Shown: positions 1-8,359 of the stretch, piece after piece
Layout of the letters: every line of letters begins with the position of its first letter
Position numbering within the stretch: the first letter of the stretch is position 1
Source: an uncultured Gemmatimonadales bacterium
GTDB lineage: Bacteria > Gemmatimonadota > Gemmatimonadetes > Gemmatimonadales > GWC2-71-9
Direction: 5' to 3'
Assembly (NCBI GenBank): GCA_963728915.1
Contig: CAVSLV010000004.1
Coordinates: 534,626-598,625 of the forward strand
DNA: 64,000 nt
Made by a program: the position numbers and the translations under genes
The notes under the pieces: generated by a model
The model's input: only the letters and a program-made list of their open reading frames with translations
What the model was told of the DNA's origin: nothing
Databases searched by the model: none

Positions 1-90
1 CCCTGCCGATGAACCGGCGGACCGGCTTTCTGCGCAAGCGGACCCCTGGCGGCTCGACCCTCTGAGCAGGGCTTCACTCCGGGGAAGCGC

Positions 91-2754
91 TCACCGCTTC
101 ACCCTGGCCAGGAGCTCGGCCAGCCACCCCTCGACGTAGACCGCACCCACGGACGCGGCGGGCTCGCGGATCATCACGAAGCGGCCATCGGGAGCCACAT
201 CGTACTGCTGATGGTTCCGGGCCCGCCGGTAGCCCTCCACGGAAAACAGCGTGCGTGGCGCACCGGGATTGAAGGAAGGACCCGAGGGAACCGCGACGGC
301 GACGAGCTTCCCCCCGCTCACGAAGTACAGTTCCTTCCCGTCTCGCGACCAGCGTGGCTCGGTGCCCCCTCCATTCGACACGAGGCGCCTGGACTTCGTG
401 TCGGGAAACGAGCTGACATACACCTCGTACTGGCCGGTCTGATTGGAGGTGTAGGCGAGCCACCGGCCATCGGGTGAGAGCGCGATGCAGAGCTCGAAGC
501 TCGGCCCGACCAGGAGCGGTTTGACGATCGTGTCGCCGGAAAGGCGGCGGAACCTGATATTGGAATTGGCTCCCTCCTCGTCCAGGCGTATCACCAGCCA
601 CTGGCCATCCCGGGAGACAACGGCCTCCCAGATGCCGAATGAGGATTGCTGAAGGAGCTGCGGCTTGGCGCTGCCGTCGGTTTTTACCTGGTGTACCGTA
701 ACGTCGTTCGGATCGTCGGGGTTGCCGACCGAGATGAACGTCAGGGAGCGTCCGTCGGGGAGCCAGGACGAGCGCCAGTTGGCGGCACCTTCGGCGTCGA
801 CCTTCACGCGGGTGCCGTCGGGCCGGCGGATCCAGAGGTCGGTGCTCTTGTCGTGGACACTGACGGCCAGTGCCTTCCCGTCCGGTGAGAGCGCCGGATA
901 CTCGAAGCGGCCCCGCCAGGTCGAGTCGAGCGGCGTTGCGCGGCCGTCCCGGGCCACCCAGACCAGCTCGGCCTGGGTGCGCGCCGCGGAGCCGGTGGTA
1001 TAAAGTGCCGCTCCGGACGCGGACAGGGTGAAACTGGTCGGCTCGACGTCCTGGAGCAGGGGAATCGCACCTGAGGTGAGCACCATCCGCCGCGGATCGA
1101 ATCCCGTCCCGTAGAGTCCGCCCTCGCGGCTGGTGTACAGCAGCTGTCCCGCGTGCGGCGAATACCATGCTCCCGCGGCACCCGGCACCAACAAGCGCGC
1201 ACTGTCGGTCTTGAAATCGTAGGCGTAGAGGCTGGTCGAGTTCGCGCAGTTGCCCGGGCAGGCGGTAAAGAGGAAGCCCCGGCTATCGGGAAGGGGCCAG
1301 AGGGTGGACGCGGCACCCAGATTCGCCGGGAGCGGGATTGGGATCGCCGCGCCACCGTCGGCGGGGATCCGCTTCACCACCGCGCTCTGATCGCCGGAGA
1401 AGAGGATGGTGCCGTCGTCGAGCCACGCACCAGCTTTGTAGTCCGGGTTGTTGGCTTCAGCCAGGGTTACGGAACCCCCGCCGGTCACCGGGACTTTCTT
1501 GACCTTGTTGTCGAGGGTGCTGTAGCCAATCCACTTACCGTCGGGCGAAAAGAACGGCGACACCCCTCCTTCGGTGCCCGCGAGTGGGGTTGCCTCCTCG
1601 GCGTCACGCAGTTTCCGCATCAGCACGTAGCCCAGGGCAGTCGAATCGGTGAACACGATACTCGACCCGTCCGGGGCAATGGCGGCCTGGATCCCGACGA
1701 AGCGTGCGCCCGGAGCGAGCGGGTAGGGAATCCGGTGTTGCCAGAGTACCACGTGCTGCCGGCTGGTTCCCGCGACTGGCGGCTTGCGGAGCGCCAGGTA
1801 GAGCGCCGCCGCCAGGAGCAACAGGTTGAACGCGACCGCCACCCCGAACCAGCGCGCCGGCACCCCCGCGACCGATGGCTGGCGGGAGCGGGCGCCGCTG
1901 GAGCCGTCGCTCCTCGCGAAGCCCTTGTCGTCCAACGCGCGGGTAAAGGCGGCGGCATTCGGCAACCGGTCCGCCGGCACTTTTTCCAGTGCGGCGAGCA
2001 CCGCGGCCTCCACATGGAACGGAACCGACTTCCGCAGCTCGGTGAGCGGACGAGGCGGGTCGCTCATCAGTTTGGCGATGATGGCCTGCACCGTGCTGCC
2101 GGTGAACGGCGGCTCCCCGGCAAGCATTTCGTAGGTGACGGCCCCCAGGGCGTACACATCGGCGCGCGCGTCCACCGTCTTCTCGCCCATCGCCTGTTCG
2201 GGACTCATGTACTGGGGGGTGCCGAGCGAGAGGCCGGTTTGCGTCATCCGGTGTCCACCCGCACTCTGCACCGCGAGCGCGATGCCGAAGTCCGCGACCA
2301 GCGCGTGGCCGCCCTGGAGCAGGATGTTCTCCGGCTTGATGTCCCGGTGGATGATCCCGAGCGCGTGCGCCGCCCCGAGGGCGTCGGCGGTTTCTCTGGC
2401 GATGCGCAGCGCCTCCGCGATCGGAAGCTGCCGGTCCCGCTCCAGCCGGGCCCGCAGGGTCTCCCCGCTCACATAGGGCATCACATAGAACAGCAGCCCG
2501 TCGGCCTCGCCCGAATCGAGCAGCGGCAGAATGTGGGGATGCTGCAGCTTCGCGGTGGTCTTGATTTCGCTGAGGAATCGCTCGCCGCCCAGCGCCGCGG
2601 CGAGCTCGGGGTGCAGCACCTTGATCGCGACATCGCGATCGTGCCTGATGTCATGGGCCAGATAGACCGTCGCCATGCCTCCCGCGCCGAGCTCCCGCTC
2701 GATCCGGTAGCGATCGGCCAGCGCGGTGCGGAGCCGCGATTCCGGTTGGGTCAA
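91..2754 (-). CDS. Ser/Thr protein kinase (Hanks type) with one TM segment and a C-terminal TolB/PD40-like beta-propeller
   Basis: 887-aa ORF. Kinase motifs: G-loop LGAGGMATVY, VAIKVL lysine, catalytic loop HRDIKPENILL, DFGIA, GTPQYMSPEQ. Hydrophobic WFGVAVAFNLLLLAAALYLAL is followed by repeated FSPDGK/LSPDGK/LSPDGR blades. Confidence 0.92.
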   Translation of the reverse strand: MTQPESRLRTALADRYRIERELGAGGMATVYLAHDIRHDRDVAIKVLHPELAAALGGERFLSEIKTTAKLQHPHILPLLDSGEADGLLFYVMPYVSGETLRARLERDRQLPIAEALRIARETADALGAAHALGIIHRDIKPENILLQGGHALVADFGIALAVQSAGGHRMTQTGLSLGTPQYMSPEQAMGEKTVDARADVYALGAVTYEMLAGEPPFTGSTVQAIIAKLMSDPPRPLTELRKSVPFHVEAAVLAALEKVPADRLPNAAAFTRALDDKGFARSDGSSGARSRQPSVAGVPARWFGVAVAFNLLLLAAALYLALRKPPVAGTSRQHVVLWQHRIPYPLAPGARFVGIQAAIAPDGSSIVFTDSTALGYVLMRKLRDAEEATPLAGTEGGVSPFFSPDGKWIGYSTLDNKVKKVPVTGGGSVTLAEANNPDYKAGAWLDDGTILFSGDQSAVVKRIPADGGAAIPIPLPANLGAASTLWPLPDSRGFLFTACPGNCANSTSLYAYDFKTDSARLLVPGAAGAWYSPHAGQLLYTSREGGLYGTGFDPRRMVLTSGAIPLLQDVEPTSFTLSASGAALYTTGSAARTQAELVWVARDGRATPLDSTWRGRFEYPALSPDGKALAVSVHDKSTDLWIRRPDGTRVKVDAEGAANWRSSWLPDGRSLTFISVGNPDDPNDVTVHQVKTDGSAKPQLLQQSSFGIWEAVVSRDGQWLVIRLDEEGANSNIRFRRLSGDTIVKPLLVGPSFELCIALSPDGRWLAYTSNQTGQYEVYVSSFPDTKSRRLVSNGGGTEPRWSRDGKELYFVSGGKLVAVAVPSGPSFNPGAPRTLFSVEGYRRARNHQQYDVAPDGRFVMIREPAASVGAVYVEGWLAELLARVKR

Positions 2755-2819
2755 ATGGGGCTCTGGGTTGGGGCGGTTGGATCAAACATACCGCCAATTG
2801 CGACTGAGGACGGTGGTCC

Positions 2820-4454
2820 CTACGGCCGGAGGATCCAGAAGCGCGCCTGGTAGCGCCATGCGGTATAGGCGATCCGGCGCCCATCCGGTGACACCGCCGG
2901 CTGGGTCTTATCGGTGGAATCCCGAGTGAGCTGGACGGGAGGGCCGCCCAGTGTCGGCACCCGGAACAGCTGCAGCCGTCCCCGATCGTCGGGGGCGGGA
3001 TACACCAGCCAGGCGCCACTCGGATCCACTCCGAAACCGTCGATCCGCTGGGGACTTTCGTACCGGTGAATCACCTGCGGCGATCCGCCAGTACGCGCGA
3101 CGCGGTACAGGGTATGTCCAGTCGGCGGATGGGTCGCCGAGAAGACGATCGTGTCGCTCGAGCCAAGCCACTCGGCGTGGACCACCTCCTCGGTCAGACC
3201 GGTCACCGGGACCGGGCGGGCCGGGACGGTTACCCGGCCGCTTTCCTGATCGACCCCCACGAGCCACACCAGCGATCGGCGCCGCCCGGCCATGACCGAG
3301 TCCCCGTCGAACACGATCCACCGTCCGTCCGGCGACCACCGTGGCCACCCCACCTCGGCGCCGCGGCCGAGGTTGCTGATGCGGGTTAACGGACTGTCCC
3401 GGTCGGCCGGACGGAGCCAGACGTCGTCCGAATTCTGCTGGTGCGAATGAAACGCGATCCAGCGCCGGTTGGGCGACCAGGTGATCCCCTGATCCTCAGA
3501 CCCCGACTGCTGGACCATCTGATCCACCCGGGCCGCCGGCGTGTCGCCGTCCGCCGCGATGATCCCCACGTCCTGGGCGATGTCGGGGTAATGGAAATCG
3601 TCGCTCACCCGGCGCCAGGTTCCGTAGGTGACGCCGAGCCGGGTTCCGGTCGGATCCCACGAAGGAGTCTCAGCCTGAAAGGTGGTGCGCCGGACCGCCG
3701 GGCCACCCTCGGCCGGCATCACCAGGACTTCGGTCCCGTAGTCCTGGTCCTTGTAGAGGAGATTGCCGTCCCGGCTCACCGAAGGAGCGTAGGTATCCCT
3801 CGGCTCGGCGGCCACCTGGCGGCCGGCGTGCCGGTCCAGGTCCCAGGCCCAGAGCCGAACGAAGCCGCTGTCGCTGGCCAACGCGAGGTACAGCTCGGCG
3901 CCGTCGGGCGACGGGGCGACGGCACCATACCCCTCGCGCTCCTCGAGCCCGGCCGGCACGCTGTCTCCGCAGGGCAGCGTAACCCGCTGCCGTCCGGCTT
4001 CGAGCGCCAGGCACCCGATCCGGCCATCCGGCATCCAGAAGGGATACCCGGCTCGCGTTGTGAGAGATCGTGTCGACACCGCGGGCCCGCTGGCATCGAA
4101 TTCCCAGAGTCGGGACCCTTGGGGCTGCAACTCGACTCCCGCTCCGCGGCGTCCATCCGGCGACCAGCTCAATTCACGGAGGTTGGCGGGATCGACCGAG
4201 TCGCCGGTACTGGCCACGAGTCGGGTGCCTTGGGGCCAGAGCGGCTGCCGGGTTCCGCGCTTCACATCGTAGGACCACCAGACCACGGCGCCATCCGGCT
4301 GGCCCAATACGAGCGTGCTGTCCCCCCGCCAGACGAGGTGCAGGATCCGGGCGTCGCCCAGCGGGAGGGGGCGACTGGTCCCGGCAGAGAGGTCGTGAAT
4401 CAGGAGCTGGTTGGGAATGACGGTGGCGAGCCGGCGCCCATCGGGGGAGAGCAC
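2820..4454 (-). CDS. TolB/PD40-like beta-propeller protein, probably exported; 5-prime end unresolved
   Basis: 544-aa ORF with repeated SWSPDGRR, APSPDGAE, TWSPNRRW, RWSPDGRW and AVSPDGRR blades. The listed GTG start has no signal peptide. The in-frame upstream stretch up to 4628 encodes RRLHNPASLLAITWFGLLAGC (lipobox) but contains no ATG, GTG or TTG. Confidence 0.75.
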   Translation of the reverse strand: MLSPDGRRLATVIPNQLLIHDLSAGTSRPLPLGDARILHLVWRGDSTLVLGQPDGAVVWWSYDVKRGTRQPLWPQGTRLVASTGDSVDPANLRELSWSPDGRRGAGVELQPQGSRLWEFDASGPAVSTRSLTTRAGYPFWMPDGRIGCLALEAGRQRVTLPCGDSVPAGLEEREGYGAVAPSPDGAELYLALASDSGFVRLWAWDLDRHAGRQVAAEPRDTYAPSVSRDGNLLYKDQDYGTEVLVMPAEGGPAVRRTTFQAETPSWDPTGTRLGVTYGTWRRVSDDFHYPDIAQDVGIIAADGDTPAARVDQMVQQSGSEDQGITWSPNRRWIAFHSHQQNSDDVWLRPADRDSPLTRISNLGRGAEVGWPRWSPDGRWIVFDGDSVMAGRRRSLVWLVGVDQESGRVTVPARPVPVTGLTEEVVHAEWLGSSDTIVFSATHPPTGHTLYRVARTGGSPQVIHRYESPQRIDGFGVDPSGAWLVYPAPDDRGRLQLFRVPTLGGPPVQLTRDSTDKTQPAVSPDGRRIAYTAWRYQARFWILRP

Positions 4455-4608
4455 CCCGATCGGGTCGCGATACCCGACCGGGCCCGCCTGGTGTATCGTG
4501 GCGACGACCGACGCTGTCGGTGAGCCTGGTGCTGCCGGGCAGCCGGCGAGAAGGCCGAACCAGGTGATCGCGAGAAGCGAGGCCGGGTTATGGAGCCGTC
4601 TGTCCGTT

Positions 4609-7320
4609 CTATTTCCCCTTCTTGCCGGTCAGGCTCTGGAGCCAGTTCTCCGCCATGATCAACTCACTCTGCTGAGTGGATTCACCCTCCCGGATCATGA
4701 GGAAGTGCTTGTCGTCCGGGGTGAGCGAATAGGACGGAATCGGCCCGGTGCGGGTGAACTGGGAGACCGGAAAGAGCGTCTTCGGTTTCCCCACGGTAAA
4801 GCTCGGACCCGGCAGGAGCTGCACGGCGATCATCTCGTTCCGGCCGTTGACATAGAACAGCTCGCGGCCGCTCCGGGACCATGCCGGATCGTTCCCACCC
4901 GCGGTCGAGACCTGCCATTTCGCCGACAAAGTCTCCGGGAACGGCCGCACGTAGACCTCGAAATTCCCCGATTCGTCCGAGGCGTACGCCAGCCACCGGC
5001 CGTCGGGTGAGAGCGAGGGGTGGAAGGACTGGGCGTTGGTCACGACCAGGGGGATGAGGGCGGTATCGGGCAGGTGCATCCCGATGATTTGCGGAGTCCC
5101 CGCCCCGGCCGGCGCGGTCCGAAGGAGCAGCCATTTGCTGTCGCGCGAGGTCACGACCTGGCCGAAGTCGTCTTTCTGCGACGCCTTGATCAGCCTGGCC
5201 GTACCGGTTCCGTCGGCACGGTGCGCGTAGGCTGGCCCCACGCCCGAGCCGGCCCGGTCGTTGAGGTAATAGACCTCACGACCGTCGGCCGACCAGGACG
5301 GTCGCACGGTCGAGGTATCGCCGAACGTAATCCGGGAAAACGGGCCGTCCGGCAGCTGCTTCACCCAGATGTCCCTCCGTCCATCGCGGGAGAGACCCAC
5401 CGCGATGGCTTTCCCGTCGGGGGAGAGGGAGGCGGACTCGATCACCCCCTGCGGGTCCCAGGCCGGGTCCACCGGGGCAACACCGCCCTCCATGCTCACC
5501 CACACCGCACGGCGGGACACCAGGGTGCCGCCGGTCGTGTAGACCAGGGTGCCGTTCCCCGCCAGCGCGAGGTCCACATTGAACCCGCCGTTCCGCACCC
5601 CGATTCCCTCGAGCAGCGCAATCGGCGGCCCGGTGAGCGCCAGTTTATGGGGATCGAACGGAATGGCGATCAGTTTCCCGTCGGCCGTGACGACCAGCAG
5701 GTGGCCGCTCTGAGCATAGGTCGCGTAAACCCCGCGTACCAGTGTGTGCGCCGGCTCCTGGGGCCTGGGGGGGAGCGGCGCAGCCATGATCTCGAAGTCG
5801 GAGATTCCCTGGCCGGCGTGGCGGACCCGGAAGACTACGCCCGCCCCTCCGGGAAGCACCTGGGGCCACTCGGTCGCGATCTCGTGCTTGTCGGGCTTGA
5901 CGGTGTAGACCGGCTCGATCTCACCCCCACTGGCGCGGATCCGGGCGAGGCCCGAGTCCACCTCGAAGTAGACGTAGCCATCGTCTCCCCAGGCCCCACC
6001 GGTGGTATTCACCTTGTCGCTCAGGGTCACGGTCGGAGCGCCGGCCAGCGAGGCGATCCGGATCACTGTCCCACCCTTCACGAAACCGACCCGCTGGCCG
6101 TCCGGAGAAAAGAAGGGGGTCCCCGCGCCCTCCGTGCCGGTAATCGGGGTGGCATCGAGCTGGTCGAACCGCCGGACCCAGAGACGACTCCCACCTTCGG
6201 CCGGGCCGCTGTATACCAGGGTTCGGCCATCGGGAGAGATGGCGATCCGCATCCCGCCGGTCGCGAGCGGTGCCTGAATCCCCTGGTTGGTTCGGAGTCC
6301 CAGGCTGAACTGGGTGACCGGTGGTATCGGCAGCGACCGTCGCCAGCCCCAGATCGCCGCGACCGTCACCGCGATGACCGCGAGGAGAAGTCCCGGCACC
6401 AGGAGGCCGGGCCGGCCTCGGCGCCCCGCCTGGGTCTGCGTTGCCTTCTGCGCCTCACCAGCCGGCGCCGACGCCGTGGTTCGATACCCCGTGTTCCTCA
6501 ACGCCTCCGCAAACTCCGACGCGGTGGCGAACCGGTCCGCCGGCAGCTTCTCCAGCGCGGTGAGCACCGCCGCCTCCACGTGCGGCGGAATGGTGTGCCG
6601 CTGCGGGATGAGCGGTCGCGGGCTCTCGGTCACCACCCGCGCCACCACCGCCTGCGCCGTGCTCCCGGTGAACGGCGGGTCGCCGGTCAGCATCTCGTAG
6701 AGTACGGCGCCGAGGGCGTAGATGTCGGATCGCGCGGTGATCTCGCGCTCGCCCATGGCCTGTTCGGGGCTCATGTAGTGCGGCGTGCCCAGACTCATGC
6801 CGGTCTCGGTCATCCGGGCGCCGCCCGCCTTGCTCGCCGCGAGCGCGATCCCGAAATCGGCCACCAGGGCACGCCCGTCGTGAAGCAGGATGTTCTCCGG
6901 CTTGATGTCACGGTGGACCACACCGTGGCGGTGGGCGTAGTCCAGCGCGTCGGCGACCTCGATGGTGATCCGCACCGCCTCATTCACCGGGAGCTGTTTT
7001 TCCCGGGTGATCCGTTCCCGCAGCGACTCGCCTTCGATCAAGGGCATGACGTAGAAGAGATGACCGTCCACTTCACCCGAGTCGAACAGCGGGAGGATAT
7101 GGGGGTGCTGGAGATTGGCGGTGAGCTTGATTTCGGCGAGGAACCGCTCAGCTCCGATCACCGCGGCTAGCTCGGGGCGGAGGACCTTGAGGGCCACCCG
7201 GCGATCGTGACGCACGTCTTCGGCGAGGTAAACCGTGGCCATACCACCGGCGCCGATTTCGCGTTCCAGGCGGTACCGGTCCACGAGGGCGGACTGCAAC
7301 CGCCCGATCATTTCCGGCAT
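4609..7320 (-). CDS. Ser/Thr protein kinase with TM segment and C-terminal TolB/PD40-like beta-propeller (paralog of 91..2754)
   Basis: 903-aa ORF. Motifs: IGAGGMATVY, VALKVL, HRDIKPENILL, DFGIA, GTPHYMSPEQ. TM segment LLVPGLLLAVIAVTVAAIWGW, then ISPDGR/FSPDGQ/LSPDGK/LSPDGR repeats. The N-terminal 300 aa are nearly collinear with ORF 91..2754. Confidence 0.92.
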   Translation of the reverse strand: MPEMIGRLQSALVDRYRLEREIGAGGMATVYLAEDVRHDRRVALKVLRPELAAVIGAERFLAEIKLTANLQHPHILPLFDSGEVDGHLFYVMPLIEGESLRERITREKQLPVNEAVRITIEVADALDYAHRHGVVHRDIKPENILLHDGRALVADFGIALAASKAGGARMTETGMSLGTPHYMSPEQAMGEREITARSDIYALGAVLYEMLTGDPPFTGSTAQAVVARVVTESPRPLIPQRHTIPPHVEAAVLTALEKLPADRFATASEFAEALRNTGYRTTASAPAGEAQKATQTQAGRRGRPGLLVPGLLLAVIAVTVAAIWGWRRSLPIPPVTQFSLGLRTNQGIQAPLATGGMRIAISPDGRTLVYSGPAEGGSRLWVRRFDQLDATPITGTEGAGTPFFSPDGQRVGFVKGGTVIRIASLAGAPTVTLSDKVNTTGGAWGDDGYVYFEVDSGLARIRASGGEIEPVYTVKPDKHEIATEWPQVLPGGAGVVFRVRHAGQGISDFEIMAAPLPPRPQEPAHTLVRGVYATYAQSGHLLVVTADGKLIAIPFDPHKLALTGPPIALLEGIGVRNGGFNVDLALAGNGTLVYTTGGTLVSRRAVWVSMEGGVAPVDPAWDPQGVIESASLSPDGKAIAVGLSRDGRRDIWVKQLPDGPFSRITFGDTSTVRPSWSADGREVYYLNDRAGSGVGPAYAHRADGTGTARLIKASQKDDFGQVVTSRDSKWLLLRTAPAGAGTPQIIGMHLPDTALIPLVVTNAQSFHPSLSPDGRWLAYASDESGNFEVYVRPFPETLSAKWQVSTAGGNDPAWSRSGRELFYVNGRNEMIAVQLLPGPSFTVGKPKTLFPVSQFTRTGPIPSYSLTPDDKHFLMIREGESTQQSELIMAENWLQSLTGKKGK

Positions 7321-7415
7321 TCGGAGTCTCTCCTGAGGATAGCAGAAGATGGCGGGGCAGTCCTCCCGCGGCTAGTGGCGCGGTCCCAGGAACTCCCGCC
7401 ACCGCCTATGTTTCC

Positions 7416-8330
7416 ATGGGTGGTACTGACTGTTCCCGACTGGCGGCTGATTCAGTGATTCAACCCTCGCGCTCGATCCTGTTCCTCACGGCTCTTCTGA
7501 TGCATTCCGCTCCCGTCCCGCGCTGGAACGATGCCGACTGGGCCGTCCTCGACGCCAAAATCCGCTGGGGCGCTGCTGAGGGATTGGACACCCTGCCGGT
7601 CGGACCAGCCATCGCCCTCCTGGGGCGAAGCTTCGTCGGGGCGACCTACACGCCGGGGACCCTGGAGGTCCCTGGTCCCGAGCGCGTGATTGTGAACCTG
7701 CAGGCGTTCGATTGTGTCACGTTCATCGAGAACGTGCTGGCCCTGACCCGGTTCATTCGAGAGGATGGGGTTTCCGCCCTGGCGAACCGGCCCGCCGCCG
7801 AGGCGAGATACGTTCGATACCTGGAAGACCTTCGGTATCGAGGCGGGCGACTCGACGGCTACCCGAGCCGCCTGCACTACTTCTCCGAATGGTTGAGCGA
7901 TAATGCGGGTCGCGGGCGTCTCCGGCTGTTGACCCGGGAGCTCGGTGGGGTTCCCGACTCCGAGCTCCTGAGCTTCATGTCACGCCATCCCGCGTCCTAC
8001 CGCCAGATGGCGGAACCCGGCATCGCGGAAGCGATCGGGGCCGTGGAAGCCCGCCTCAACCAGGCCCTGCCGCGGTGGTACCTCCCGGAAGCCGCCATCG
8101 CCTCCGTCGAGAATCGGATCGAGGATGGGGACCTGATCGCGGCGACTTCCACCCTGCCGGGTCTCGACGTTGCCCACACCGGCATTGCCCTGTGGGTGAA
8201 TGGCCGGCTCCACCTTCTACATGCACCGCTGGTCGGCAAATCGGTCGAGATTTCCTCGGTGCCTCTGGCGGAGCGACTCGCGGGGATCCCCACCCAGGAC
8301 GGCATCATGGTGGCCCGGGTGATTCACTGA
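7416..8330 (+). CDS. DUF1460-like (amidase-like) exported protein
   Basis: 304-aa ORF. The block VNLQAFDCVTFIENVLAL is recalled from the DUF1460 family. Hydrophobic SILFLTALLMHSAP lies near the N-terminus. An alternative in-frame GTG start is at 7455. Confidence 0.65.
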   Translation: MGGTDCSRLAADSVIQPSRSILFLTALLMHSAPVPRWNDADWAVLDAKIRWGAAEGLDTLPVGPAIALLGRSFVGATYTPGTLEVPGPERVIVNLQAFDCVTFIENVLALTRFIREDGVSALANRPAAEARYVRYLEDLRYRGGRLDGYPSRLHYFSEWLSDNAGRGRLRLLTRELGGVPDSELLSFMSRHPASYRQMAEPGIAEAIGAVEARLNQALPRWYLPEAAIASVENRIEDGDLIAATSTLPGLDVAHTGIALWVNGRLHLLHAPLVGKSVEISSVPLAERLAGIPTQDGIMVARVIH

Positions 8331-8335
8331 CCCCT

Positions 8336-8359
8336 GTCCGCCCGTCCGCCCGTCCGCCC
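8336..8359. repeat. 3 x 8-nt tandem array GTCCGCCC between convergent genes, abutting the stop codon of the M14 peptidase gene
   Basis: Read directly: GTCCGCCC GTCCGCCC GTCCGCCC followed by TA. On the minus (sense) strand this is TAG then GGCGGACG repeated. Confidence 0.9.

Noticed and set aside
1-65. Possible 3-prime end of a plus-strand gene (LPMNRRTGFLRKRTPGGSTL, stop at 63-65)
   Set aside because: Only 21 codons are visible. GC3 is high, but there is no motif and no way to confirm it from this fragment.
1153-2853. 566-aa plus-strand ORF antisense to the first kinase gene (also 804..1355, 74..1168, 1620..2015)
   Set aside because: It is the mirror frame of a gene with unmistakable Hanks-kinase motifs. 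Its translation is an Arg/Gly/Pro/Ala-rich low-information sequence, typical of high-GC shadow ORFs.
5020-7170. 716-aa plus-strand ORF antisense to the second kinase gene
   Set aside because: Same reasoning. The opposite strand carries the conserved kinase and propeller motifs, and this frame is Arg/Gly/Pro junk.
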